Counted from the whole stretch's first letter, positions 13,048 through 26,372 are shown. The stretch: DNA of 63,677 nucleotides, filler included, from Choristocarpus tenellus KU-1152 (GCA_964200185.2; 12 parts of 12 records of this genome joined end to end with filler, not necessarily neighbours in it), one strand, 5' to 3'. Translations and numbers: made by a program. The notes: generated by a model not told the origin, from the letters alone.

Positions 13048-14808
13048 CTGTGGAAAGGCGTTATTTACAGCAAAAATTTAAAAGGTAAATAAACATAAGA
13101 GTAAATAAACATGTAGACTGGTACAGTTCTATAAAATCTAACAGACAGCACTGGAGTTAACAATCAAAATGCATGTAACATATATGCAAGTAAGTATATA
13201 AACATATATATAAATATAAATATAAATATATAAATTGTGTGCGTAGATATACATACGCAGCATCATCAGGATGGAAAGGATGGACATATTGAAGGCACAG
13301 CAATGACTACCAGCAAAAAGAGAAAGTGGACGTTCCACAATAAACGCATCCTATTCACTGAATGAGACCTGCAGGCGAGCACGTTCACATTGTTCCCAAC
13401 AATTATACCCTATTTTATTACATTATTTTAAGGGTCTTTCCCCAGATTAGACACTCAACAGGGTCGCAGGTCAGCCCCAACACCTTTCAGAGGCCTCAGC
13501 AGTATTTTCCACGCTGGACCTCTCACAAAGATAAAAACATATGTTTTTACTGTAACATAATGTAATATATATATATATGCATCAGATGTTCTCTTGGGGG
13601 GGGGGGGGGGGGGGGGGGAAAAAAAAAAAAAAAAAAAAACAAAAAAAAAAAAAACCAAAACGACGTNNNNNNNNNNNNNNNNNNNNNNNNNNNNNNNNNN
13701 NNNNNNNNNNTTAATTAATTAANNNNNNNNNNNNNNNNNNNNNNNNNNNNNNNNNNNNNNNNNNNNCCCTTGTGCGGGGGGGGGGGGTGCGGGTTTGTTT
13801 TTTGGGGAGGCCCCCCCCCCCCCCCCCCCCCCCTCCCCCCCCCCCCCCCCTCCCCCAGATTTGAGTGTATGTGGTTGAGGTATAGTGGAGGTCTGATTAA
13901 GTTTGGAGTACACCTGTGGACACAGGATGACACACATGGGAGGATGGCGTTTGCGGGAAGGCAGGTTTGGGGCTTGAGACCCAGACCTGACCCCCAATAA
14001 GGGGTTTGTGTGTGTGGGGGGATGTGTTTGATGTGTTACCTGGGCTTGTTTAGGTTCGATGGAGGGTTTGATCTGAGATCATTTTGATTTGGTGAGGCTT
14101 GGTAGAAGTATTTGTAGTGTTTATGGTGTGTGTCAATATGAAGTGATGTTTGTTGACATGATAGCAATTGTTGATAAGATGTAGATGCTGGATGGATTGT
14201 TTTTGTGGAAAGCCTGTGATGATAAGGTTGTTTCTTTCATGCATGCTTTTGCAAAGAAGAAGGTGCAGTACCTTGTAGGTTAAGAGCTTTAAAGGTAGGA
14301 ACATGTAGGGGTTGGTTGTGCTGTATCCCCTGATTGTGGAAGGTGTATAGTTGGATGTGATGTTTGCGATAACTCTTGATTTTTTTACAATGTGATGTTT
14401 ATGGTAAGTCTGATTTGTTCACAATGTGATGTTGTAAAGTCTGATCGATTTGTTCACCCTGGTTTTCTTGATAAGACAGTTGGTTGTGAGTGTGATGATG
14501 TTGATGATGAAGTTGATGTGTTTTAGTATTACCTTATAGGCCATGATGGAGTAACAGATGCTATAACCGCTACAGAATCACCTGTTACATGTTTTGAATC
14601 ACCTGTTATATGTTGAGTGTTTGTGTCGATGGTAGGTGCTGAGCGAATGGTTCTGTGGTTTGCTTCTTTGTGATGAATTGCTCACACTGTGGATGAATGT
14701 TTGTCCCTACTCCCATGCTTGTTCATCTCTTACTTGCACATTTTTTGCTACCTTAAGGTACACCCTAATCATGAATCCGTGCACGTTTTTGTGGTGATTT
14801 GTGTGAAG

Positions 14809-16265
14809 GTGAATCTTGCAGACCCAGGCACGAACTTTGGTGCAGCCATGGAGAAGACTTTTGACCTCCTTGATGGTGAGAAAAGTAGTGTTTGTTTCTG
14901 AGAGTAATTGTATTTTTATTTTATGCAACATGAATACTGTTCACCCGCACCCCCCCTTCCCCGCCATCACATTGTTTTGCTTCTCTTATTGTAAGATAAC
15001 GTATGCATGGGTTGTAGTTTAGATTTGTCTGGGGGATGAAGAAAATATCTTTTTAATAGAATGGTTTGATTTGATTTGATTTGATTTGATCTGGGGGAGA
15101 GTATTGTGGAGTTGGGAGAGAATAGGGCTTGGTTTGTGCATGAAGGTTAAAACCTGGTAGATTATAAAAAATAATCTGTCCAAAGTTTTTTTTTTGATAT
15201 TTTGCTGTTTTTTTGTCTGACGATGTGTGTATATTGATAGTGTAATGTGTATAATATAACGCCTGTGGTATAGGAGTACTTTCTGTCATGCCATAGATAG
15301 ACTTGGCTTATTTTGTATGTTCTGATGATAGCAGAGTTTCTGTAGGGTTTTCACGAATTTTCTAGACTTGGGGTCATGCATTGTAGGTACACAGCTGTTT
15401 CTGCTGTGTTAACTAACATACCATCTGTTATTCTTATCTTGTATTTGCAACTCATTTAGAGGTTTACTTTGTTTATTTCTGGGATAGGTTTAGGGGTAGA
15501 ATTAGGATAGGAATAGGGTGAGGATTAGGGTTAGGGTTACAGGGTTGGGTTGAGGATTCCTCTACCAGTTCCCCCTCTTCCTTGCATGGCCTTGACAGAG
15601 AACAGTATAGCATATAATTTTTTATTTTCCATATATTTTTTATATTTTTATGTTTTTCCTCTTTTTATTTATTTATTGTAGTTGTTTTCTTTTGAATTAG
15701 TATTAACATACACATATATATATATCATTTATTGTATATCATTTATTGTATATCATTTATTGCATAACCGTTTCAGCCACAGTAAGGGATGGAGAATCCT
15801 CGGAATGTCAGACCGCCATTCTGTTCATGTCTGATGGAGAATCTACCCTAGGACTGGAAGTGCAAGAGGTGTGTTAAGTGTATTAGTGGGAAGCAGAAGA
15901 GGGGGGGAGGGAGACCATGGTTATGTGCCAACCATTGTAATGAGCATCTTGTTATGTAGGCGCTGGCTCTAAATTTGATTCATGCTCAAGAGTGTACGTT
16001 TTCTATTTTTTTCATTTTTCATTTTTTTTTTGCTGCTTCAAGTCGTTTTATATTTTTTGAAGACAGTTGCACGGTAGAGGTGATGTTAGGGGTTTCACAT
16101 TACATGTGTAGATACATGCAACACCTTACACGATGTGGTTCGCTTGTGTTGCTCTTTCCACTTGTCCCTCTGGTCTGTTGTTAGGTGATAGACCTTGTTG
16201 TGACTAGAAACACCAATATTCACGCAGAGATCTTTACCTTCAGCCTTGGTGATACTGCTGACAAG
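14809..16265 (+). CDS. VWA-domain protein, three internal exons (alpha2/delta- or CACHD1-like VWA)
   Basis: Exons 14809-14875, 15777-15868 and 16185-16265 splice in phase: GTNFGAAMEKTFDLLD-ATVRDGESSECQTAILFMSDGE...VIDLVVTRNTNIHAEIFTFSLGDTADK (MIDAS T and DG positions, IFTFSLG strand). Confidence 0.8.
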
Positions 16266-16274
16266 GTGAGTCAG

Positions 16275-16579
16275 TCAAAGTACCTTAGGGTTAGGGTAGA
16301 GCCGCTTCCATTTGGGGGCCAAAATCCAATGTTGCGATTTTGATGTAATTTTGGCTATTATCGTGTTTGTTAGGAAGTTTCAATATCTTTGTTACAGACA
16401 CACTTTTGCGTAACGTACACATTTTATTTCGTATATATTTTATTTTTTATATATACGAAACACTTCGGAGTAGGTGAAATTTCGTAAGAAACCCGTGGGA
16501 AGCCTCTAGCTTGTTCGTAAGTCACAGACGGACAAACAGGGCAAGACTCGTACCCTAACCCTCTAAGATACTTTCACTC
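16275..16579 (+). mobile_element. MITE family B copy (TIR approx. GAGTGAAAGTATCTTAGAGGGTA)
   Basis: Shares the internal core aatccaatgttgcgattttgatg...aatatc and gtgggaagcc with 38984-39243 and 44982-45220 (inverted). Partial copy at ~36190-36274. Confidence 0.7.
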
Positions 16580-16811
16580 ACTGTCACTTGGATACAGGGG
16601 AGGTCATAATAGTGGGGGGCTGTAGGGTCGAAGTATCTGAGGGGTGGGGGTGGTTTGTGAGGGGGCGTCCGTTTCGGTCAAATCCGAACTTTTTTTTTTT
16701 GCTGANNNNNNNNNNNNNNNNNNNNNNNNNNNNNNNNNNNNNNNNNNNNTTAATTAATTAANNNNNNNNNNNNNNNNNNNNNNNNNNNNNNNNNNNNNNN
16801 NNNNNTTTTGT

Positions 16812-16861
<50 letters not shown>

Positions 16862-17164
16862 TGTTTTTTAGTTCTACGTAGTGCCTTGGGTTATATAGGG
16901 TTAGGGTTTCCTGTGGTGAAACATTATTTTGGTATTTCATGTTTCATGTGGAAGCAACCAAGGGCAGGAAATTAAAAGAAAAGTGTGAGGGGGGTTGTGA
17001 TTGACAGTACAGCATATTATTGTTTCCTTGGGGGGGGGGGAGAGAGAGAGAGATTGATATATTAAGTTCTGTGTCAGACACCATCTGACAGATATTTTCG
17101 GGTTGTCTGTGCATGCGTGGGTGTGTGCGTGTGTCTGTGTTTCATGTTATATATGCCTTCTTTT

Positions 17165-17555
17165 TGTATAACCCTGAGGGTTATTTTGTTACTTACATAT
17201 ATTTTTTTCCGTAAACCCGAGGGCTATTTTTATTATTTACATGGATTTTGTGTAACCCCGAGTTTTTTTTAATTTACATATATATATATTGTGTAACCCT
17301 GAGGATTATCTTTATTATTTACATGGATACATATATATATTTTTTAATTTACATACATATATATATATATTGTGTAACCCTGAGGATTATCTTTATTATT
17401 TACATGGATACATATATGTATATATTGTGTAACCCTGAGGATTATCTTTATTATTTACATGGATACATATATATTTTTTTAATTTACATATATATATATA
17501 TTGTGTAACCCTGAGGATTATCTTTATTATTTACATGGATACATATATATATTTT
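17165..17555. repeat. Intronic AT-rich minisatellite (core tgtgtaaccctgaggattatctttattatttacatggatacata), ~7 units
   Basis: Core recurs near 17167, 17210, 17250, 17291, 17371, 17426 and 17502, with variable TA tracts between units. Confidence 0.85.
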
Positions 17556-17590
17556 TGTTTATCCCTCCTTGCTGAAAAAAAAAAATGCAG

Positions 17591-19052
17591 GGTGCCCTCC
17601 TGGCGGTGCACTACGCCCTCTTGACAAAGCTGGTGTCTCTTCCGGTGGCATTGGGACACATATTTTTGGGGGGTCTGCTGACGGCCACTGTTGTGACAGT
17701 TACTCACACTGCAGAGGACTATGTAACCGACGATGCGGACTCTTTTGTGGAGACGCAGTTCAAGACCACGAGGGATGCTGAGTGTCACGACCCCATTTCC
17801 GAGTGAGCTTTTATTTTTTTTTATTTGAGGATGTGGGTTACGGTTGTTAGGGTTGTTAGGGTTGGGTTAGGGTTGTTAGGGTTAGGGATGGGGGAAAACT
17901 TGTGTGCTTAGTAGAAAGGCGCGATTGTGTAGTAGTGTGTATTTGATAAACTCTTTTTTGTATTTTGGTGTTATTGTGCAGTGCTTGCTGACTGAATGTA
18001 TTGATGGAGTGGGTTAGGGTTGTTAGGGTCGGGGGATGGAGTGGTATTTTTTATTATTATTTTTATAATGATTTTATTTTTTTAAATTTAACATAGAAAT
18101 CTAATCACGATAAAATACTAATGTATAATAAATAACAAAATAATGTTGGAGAATGGTAAAATATTTTTTGTTTATTAAAGAAAATGGTGTTCACTTATTT
18201 CAAGTTTAATGTGTGATATTTAGAGTAGAATAAGATTTCAGAAGCATATATACATAATATATATATATATATATATTTGAAAGAACATTGGTTTTAGAAG
18301 TGAGGAACGATGTTAAAAAAAATGTGTGCCAAAGAAAAAAAAGACTTGAAACTAAAATTGCTCTCTATGAGGAATCATGAGTCCTTTCTGGTCTTGCTCT
18401 CTGTTCAACTTCTAGACTTACCACCCACCTACTATGTGAACCCTAACCCTAACCCTAACCCTACCCGCCTACTATGTAAAATAGGAGTTTAGCAGTAGGT
18501 GCCATGGGCATCATCTGTTTTGGATGCAGTATTTTCCTAAAAGGCACCTTTTTGGGGGGGGTGGGGTGGGGGGGGAGGTGGGGCAGGGGGAGGGAGAGGG
18601 GGAGGCTGGGCTGGGGTTTGAGGGCCATCTGCCCCCCCTTCGATTGAAGAGGACGGTCTTGACGCAACCAAATGAGATAATAAATATAAAAAATAATCTC
18701 TTTTAAATGTGCCAACCTTTTTGTTTGTACTTAACACGATACGTATATATTTTTTTAATTTTTAATTTTTACTTTTTTTAGGACACACACGAGGGGACAC
18801 ACACACACACACACACAGGGTTGTACACATCTCTGGCCGTTAGTTGAACTTTGCTTTCTTTGCCTCTCTGATAGTGCTTGCTCGTCACAGGCGATATAAA
18901 ATCTCTTCAGGAAAGTAAAATCAAATACAGTGTCGATCGAGGATGTTTTGAAAATGTTTTTTTAAAATACAGTATGTTTTTTTTTCAATATATATTTTTT
19001 TGTTTAAAAATAAAATCAACAAAAAACACGCCTGTCTCCTGTTGATGCCTTT

Positions 19053-19086
<34 letters not shown>

Positions 19087-19270
19087 CATATATTGCTCAT
19101 CAGGTATGTGTGGGGAGGTATGCAGTACCAGCTGGAGCACCATCTGTTCCCCACCCTGCCAAGGTACAAGTACGGTGCATTGGCCCCCCTTGTGAAGGCG
19201 TTTGCAGAGGAAAATGGGATAGAATATAGGGCTACCGGACAGTGGAAGATCATCAGGGATAATGTCAACC

Positions 19271-19272
<2 letters not shown>
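17591..19272 (+). CDS. Front-end fatty-acid desaturase, C-terminal exons (partial)
   Basis: Exons 17591-17802 and 19104-19272 join in phase: ...VTVTHTAEDY...QFKTTRD...ISE-YVWGGMQYQLEHHLFPTLPRYKY. QxxHHLFP is the third histidine box of front-end desaturases. Confidence 0.9.
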
Positions 19273-19310
<38 letters not shown>

Positions 19311-21090
19311 GATGACCCAAAGCATTTAGGCTTGAAGTATATTTGGGGGGGGGGGGGGGGGGGGGGGGCGTTGCGTTGGGGGNNNNNNNNNNNNNNNNNN
19401 NNNNNNNNNNNNNNNNNNNNNNNNNNTTAATTAATTAANNNNNNNNNNNNNNNNNNNNNNNNNNNNNNNNNNNNNNNNNNNNAAATAGGGCCAAAAACGG
19501 ACGCCGACACCCCCCCCCAGATACTTTGACCCTTGAATGTATATATACTGCATAGTATAAATAGTATAAATAAATGAAGCCCAAGCATGTGTGAATATAG
19601 GTGCATTTGATTTTAAAAAATTAAAATGAGGTGGCCGCTAGATTTCAATATCTGGAAGAAGGAGGATGAAAAATAAGGTGTAGGTTGTAGAGATGTGTAA
19701 CAATAATAGAAATTCAACTTCAAATAACTTGGAAAGAGGAAAACAGCTTTACAAAGCTGATAGATTTGTAAGGGCAGGAATTGCTTGGTTTTATATGACA
19801 ATTAGTGTATATGAGAGGGACCCAAAGACCTGGTCTCTGGGAAGGCCTTGAATGCCTTAGGATACGTATTTTTGGAACTATATTTATATGTTTGATAGCA
19901 TAAAGAAGAGATAGGGCCGGCTTTAACAGCATTGATGCTGTGGAAACCAATCAAATGGCCACATATCAAACAATTCAGACACTTTGTATACAGTATGTGC
20001 TTCCGGTACTGCTGTCTCAGCCTCGAAGTAATTTATCAGTTTTTACCCTATCATCAACAGAGCATTGAAGCACAAACATCACCCACAAAGGCTAGAAATA
20101 TATCCCAACTAAAAGTTCAAAACCCTTCTCCCCCAACTGAGTGAAAGAAAGGGAAAAACACAACTAAGGCAAGGAAGACCCTGCTGAATGCTTTAGTCGA
20201 TCACGTTATCCACCATTTTACCCTAGTATTACACGATCTCACAGTAGAAGAGGGTAGTCCAAACCAACACTAAAACAGCATCTAACACAATAGCTAATTG
20301 ATGGTGGACAAAGGGGGCTCCAGGCACATGATCGATCCAACCATGACCAACAATTCTTTATTGTACATTATCAGAGTTGCTATCATAGTGGGATACGTCA
20401 TTTGACTAGACTTCCCACTGTACACATCACATGTACTCGTCCATTGACAGGCATAGTTACTGCAAACATCTATTTGTCAGGGGAACCAGTAATTACCGTA
20501 ATGAAAAAATAACAGGGACCACTCTGAGCACAACAGCCAGTGCCAGAGCGTGTATATGAGTTTTACGCAATATACACAAGAGGACTTGATGGGTTCACAG
20601 AATGTCTCTGAAAAATTAACCAGCCCATGATGAAGAGCCTGCATCCTCTGTTCTGTCTTCCCTCAAACCTTCTCCCCGATGTTGAAGTCCATGCTCCCCT
20701 CAGTGAGTCATCCATAGGGAGAGATCAAGTAGATAGGTCCCCTAACCCATCACATCCTACCCAGTCAAAAACATTAAAATGTACAGGAATCAGGCCCACC
20801 ACAAAGAAGGCATGTCCATGAAACTGGGCTGGGGTTGTGGTGGGAGAGAGGACACAGCAGTGGTAGTTCAAAGTTGCCTCACCAAGAAATATTACCTTGT
20901 CCATGGTTGCTGCGTACAGACAACATTCCCAACCCTCTCCACTCCCTCTCGTTCTCCTGTTGAATAATAAAATTACAAATATATCCCAGTAGACCTCCTC
21001 TACCTAACCCTAACTCAAGGCCCAGCATCAAATACCTTCTCTGTTGTGGCACTTCAACACACACTTCCTCTACTATTAAACAAGGGCACA

Positions 21091-21466
21091 TTAAATATCA
21101 GTACTAGATCCAGGATCTGTGATCCTGTTCTCTCCCAAGGGGCGATTCAGCTCATCGGCTTCACTTGTGCTGATATCCTTCCTCCCCTTACCAACCCCAC
21201 CCTCACTCTTGCTCTGTAGTAATACAACCTTGTTCAAAGCCTCCTGTGCTATAGGCGTCTTTCCCCTAGCTCGCCTGACCACTGCAAGGTACTTGTACAA
21301 GTCTCGCAGGGCGGTCTGACCATTCCGCAAAGGCCATATTGGTGGTTGGGGCATGTGGCATAGGTTGGACATTATAGCAATTGATAAGTAGTAGATGTAT
21401 TCATAGAGGCCCAGGCACAAACAAATATAGGCAGCTTGGGTTAGGGCATGGGCTAATACAAATTTT

Positions 21467-21501
<35 letters not shown>

Positions 21502-22073
21502 TTTGGGGGGGGGCAAGGGACGGTGGAAGGGGCGGGTGGAAAATGCAATGTGGAGGGGATGTACTGTGAGTAATGACTATCTGCATGACTTTGCTGTGAG
21601 ATGTATAGTGTAGGAACAGAAATACCATGGCTGTATCTTAAAGTCCTTACTTCTACGCAGGGGCAACAAGGGGGTCAGCGCCTTTAATTTCCTGATAATC
21701 GCAGATTCAAAGTGGAAGTGCAGTGAATGTAAGGCAACCGACAAGCAGACATCCCCAATCCCTACTGACTTGAGACATAACAATTATCTGTGAGGAAGGC
21801 TCTCTGCTGTCCCCGCATTTCCTCCATTCGTAATCTCTCAGGCAAATAAGTTGGGCACAGTCCCAACACAGGTCTCCTCCCCTCACTCACATGGAATCTC
21901 TCCTCCCCAGGCTTCTCTTTTTCCAGTGACTCGTACGCTTCCACAGCCTCCAATAAACTCTGTTCCGCCATGGACTTGTCCCCAAGCTTTGCTAATGCAA
22001 GGGCCATTCTGTGCAGAACACTTGCCCGTCGAATCCACCACTCTTCTTGTCGGTCCTCATCTGGAGACATGTC
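21091..22073 (-). CDS. TPR-like helical repeat protein, last two exons (partial)
   Basis: Exons 22073-21891 (ASVLHRMALALAKLGDKSMAEQSLLEAVEAYE) and 21315-21091 (LYKYLAVVRRARGKTPIAQEALNK...stop) have canonical splice sites and TPR-like spacing of small and large residues. Confidence 0.6.
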
Positions 22074-22585
22074 CTACCTCTCCACAAACACCACAAGTAT
22101 ATATTTTTTGGAAGGGGGAGGGGGAAAGGGCAAAGAGAGACAACAAGCGTATTGGGGNNNNNNNNNNNNNNNNNNNNNNNNNNNNNNNNNNNNNNNNNNN
22201 NTTAATTAATTAANNNNNNNNNNNNNNNNNNNNNNNNNNNNNNNNNNNNNNNNNNNNGAAAGCATGGTAGTATTGAGACACCTCACCCCCCTTCCCCCAT
22301 GTTTACTTAAGAGGCAACCCCCCTCAAGTGATGCCAAGACGAGGGATAGATGTCCATAGCATCCAATTTGTTCAATGCCACAACCATCCACCATTCCAGC
22401 GGTGCAAGCATTACTTTTTGCACTACCCCTAACCCTATCTCTACCCCACTTAATCTATCTTGGCATATCCCACATCCCCCTCCATGACTTCCGTGTTCTT
22501 CTCCCCTGTCCATATCTTCCCCTTCTCCCCCCCCCCCTTATGAATGCTTTTTCAACTCATGGATGATGAATCTACTATTGGCCAG

Positions 22586-24412
22586 GCACACCCAGCTGCT
22601 CTCCGCTTCCAGGAAGGCATTCCCCTTCTCAGGGCTGCAGTAACTTCAGCCCGCTTGTGTGAGGCAAACGGGGGACCGCCCATTTCGGTGCAGCTAGATC
22701 ATGCTACAAGAGAGGAGGAGGTCTGGGCAGCCCTCCAAGCAGGGGTAGACAGTGTTATGTAAGGATCTAACATTCATACTTGTGGATTTTTTTTTTGTGT
22801 TCACCACGAATGTGGGCGTTGTTGCAAACCTTGTACTGTATCTCTGTTGTCGTTTCCCAATGAAGGAGAGGTGGTAGTCAGGGTGCTCTGTGGTGCTCTG
22901 TGGTGCTATGGGTCATTTTTACAGTTACAAGTTTTGTGCCAAGATTATCGCATTTAGTAGTACACACTTGGAGTTGCTATTCAAGAGTACCGTGCTGGGG
23001 ATGAGGTAGAAAAGACGCAAAATATTTTATAGCCTATGTTTCACATTTAGTCAATTAAATGCATGCACCACAAACGCCTCCTTCCATATCTTAGGATGAC
23101 ACATCCGCCAGTTTGCTGCACCAGTGGGGGACTCCAGCATTTCAATTACACTTTCTTTTTTAGCAGTCTACAATTTTTTTTGTGAAGGGCATAAACAAGG
23201 TGGAAGTAGGTTTTCCACTCTCCTGTGTCAAAACTTCAGCCATCTGTGATTATGTTCTTTGTTGCTGTGCTCCTGAGCAATACGGGTTGTAGGCTTTGGG
23301 GGTGAGGGCGGTGAGGGGAAAGGGAGGGGAAAAGCAGTAATGTTTGAAGTGCAGAAGTATGCATGGATTATCTTTGTGGCGATTATTAATGAACCTGTTT
23401 CGTTGGATTGTGTGCTCCCATAGCACTACACACTTATCTATTGTGCTTAACCATGTTATACACTAGCAAATGCACATGTGTACATTTATTGTTATTATTA
23501 CTATTATTATTATTATTATTGACTTTGTTGTTTCAAACACTTCCTCTGCTATAATTCCGCCAATGTGCTGTGGCAGGATTGACGGAAGCGCCATGGCCTA
23601 CGCCGACAACGTAGCGTGGACATCAAGGGTGGCTGCGATGGCTAGGTCTTCTGGGGCAGCAGTAGAAGCAGAGTTAGGGCGATTGGCTGGAGAGGAGGAT
23701 GGGCTAAGTGTAACGGAGGTGGAATCCAGAATGACGAACCCAGAGCAGGTAAGGCATTGGACCCATTCATTGACTCCGGTAGGAGGTAGGAGTGGGGAGG
23801 GGCGCACATCGCTTCCTGATGATAATTCAAAAGATCAGATCTATTTTTCTTGCTCGCCGAACCGCTAATTGAATGTCATTGACCTTGTATCCCCCTCTCC
23901 CGGAACTGTGCGACACACCTGCCAAGGTGCCGGATTTTCTCACCAAGACAGGAGCAGACATCCTGGCGGTGACCATTGGCAATGTGCACGGTGCTTATGC
24001 ACGCCCCGACCCCACCCTAGACCTTGAACGTCTTGATCAGATTCGCCTCTCATCATCGCTAGACCGTGGTGCCAGTCCCTTGCTTGCTCTCCATGGAGCG
24101 TCGGGACTGCCGCCGGGGATGGTGGCAGCTTCGATTCTGGGAGGAGTTTGCAAGCTCAACGTCAACACTGAAGTTCGACAAGCAGGTGTACGTGCCTTGA
24201 AAACGGCACTTCACGGAGGCAAGGACGTTGGCGGAGGTGGTGCAGCTGGGGCAGATATTGCCAAGGGGGTGGGGGCTTCAGCTGGTAATAGGGGTGTTTC
24301 TTCAGTCGGCCATGTGCCAGAGCTGCTTGATCTGTTGGGGGTATCAACACGTGCTATGCGGGCAGTGGCGGAGGAGAAGATGTTGGAATTTGATCCACGG
24401 TCACCACAGTAG
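22586..24412 (+). CDS. Class II (Zn-dependent) ketose-bisphosphate aldolase domain, C-terminal three exons
   Basis: Exons 22586-22758, 23577-23748 and 23927-24412 contain LDH, SVMIDGS, VEAELG, IGNVHG, LHGASG and KLNVNTE, the diagnostic class II aldolase motifs. Confidence 0.93.
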
Positions 24413-26372
24413 GTGGAATGTTGTGAAGGGGGGTAAATAAACGTTTTGGTATAGACAAGAGGTAATCGCTCTTGTTGACATGCTCTCTTGGTGGTGGCTC
24501 TGTATGATGGTGGTATGAAGGGAGAGTTTTCCTTTTCGGAGGTGTTATTTGGCCCTAAGTGCAGAAAGACTTTCCCTTGGTGGTGTTAAAAGGCAAAAGT
24601 GTTCCGTTTTAGTTGGTTGGCATTGGTTAGAAGTTGGAAATGTTGTATTTGGATCGCTTCAGCTTTGATGTAGTTTGTGCTAGACGTATTCCAAACCTGT
24701 GGAATGTCCTTCAAGTTTTTCGTTATTTGCTTTGGTGAATGTATGACAGCTTTGGTTTGGTCTAGCCAGCGAGGTGTGTGTGTGTGTGGCAAATCTCTGT
24801 GTTGGGCAGGTGCGAGATGAGACGGGGGATGCCCTGGATTGACTAGGTCATGAATTTGGCAAGGATTTGAAGGTAGGGGCTAAGATTTGCTTGGTAAAAT
24901 ATTTGAGCAGGAAATGATGCCAACCTCGCCAGGTGTTAGGGGGAAATATGACAGAAAATTGAGCAAACAATTATGTGACTGCCATGATGGCTAAGAATGC
25001 AAGTGGTACCTGAAAATGGATAAATTCCATATTCAGGCTCAAGTCGTACTTTCCTTTTTTTCGGTTACATCCATTGGATTAAAATCGTAAGCCTTGGGCT
25101 GTTGAACAAATCGTGCGTGCAGCTTGGAGGGATCTGAGTAAGACTCGTCAATCCAGATTTGTTTTGACCACCATTAACTAGTTGATACGCTTTTTTATAT
25201 TGGATCCCGATGAAATAATAGTATCTGTCAAGGTTGAGGGCTTTCTGCAATGACTGTCGGCTAGCACAACTGGCACAAAGACCAGCATTGTAGAGTCTTC
25301 AAGATGGGGGATTTGAAGCATGTTTGGGATAGTCCCAAAAGAGTAGCACTGCCTACTAGTGAGAAAACAGGAGACTGTGATGCGTGCATACCTCGCATTT
25401 ATTTCACTACATTAGTTGAGCAGTCCTATGTCCCCCTTAACCAATCGGTATGACTTACATGCACAAAAAACTTGCCGCCCCAACGTTTGAGGTGTTTTTA
25501 CCTTCTCTCTACTTTGGAGACCCTTCCTCTCCTCAACCACCTCCTTGCACCAACACCTACCTACTTTTGTCTGAAGCTGTCGTCAAATGAGCTGGTAAAA
25601 ATGATGCCTGAAGCCAACCTGCAAGTGGTTCTTCCTGCAGTCTGTGAATCAGGGGGTTGGGGTCAGCGTTTGGATTAGCTTTGGGGGGGCTGGTCAGCGG
25701 TACAACACGACTGAGTAAAAAACTGGTGATGGTAAATGGAAATTACTTGCACCATTCACGGTACATGGCAATGTTGTAACGCTCTACGAAAATCCCAATT
25801 TATATTTTTATTATTATGCCCTCTGACATTTTGCAGATGTGTCAGGGGGGAAACCAATCCAAACTATACATATGTCGTTATTAGCCCTAAAGAAATATAA
25901 TATCCTAAACGTAAGAACACTATAAAACATTGTAAGTGTGGAAACNNNNNNNNNNNNNNNNNNNNNNNNNNNNNNNNNNNNNNNNNNNNTTAATTAATTA
26001 ANNNNNNNNNNNNNNNNNNNNNNNNNNNNNNNNNNNNNNNNNNNNATCTCAAATCACACCAAAAAGTGAAAATCGAAAAAAGGGTGAAAAACGGACGCCA
26101 ACACCCCCCTTCCAAAAAAAAAAATACTTTGTCACTCTCTCAACCTCTCGTTCCAATTACATCATCCTCTTACTATGAGAAGTTGAAGTTTCTACAGGCA
26201 TGACGCAAAAAAAGAAAAATAATACTATGAAGTGAACAGCACACACAGTAGAAACACTATGAAGCAGGAAAGACCCTGCTATTGCCAAACATGGATTATG
26301 TTAATGCTATGGTAATGATTTTTTTTTTTTTATTAATGCCTAGAAAAGATAACTTGCCACTCACCAGCCCAC

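Noticed and set aside
13597-13858. Poly-Pro/poly-Gly ORFs at contig ends
   Set aside because: Translations of poly-G/C and poly-A homopolymers next to spacers; low-quality sequence ends.
17165-17555. CRISPR-like repeat/spacer appearance
   Set aside because: The inter-repeat segments are variable TA tracts related to each other, not unique spacers. Eukaryotic intron context and no cas genes; it is a minisatellite.
14809-19272. VWA-desaturase fusion gene
   Set aside because: The exons are on the same strand but separated by an artificial spacer, and the two halves are internal fragments of unrelated families.
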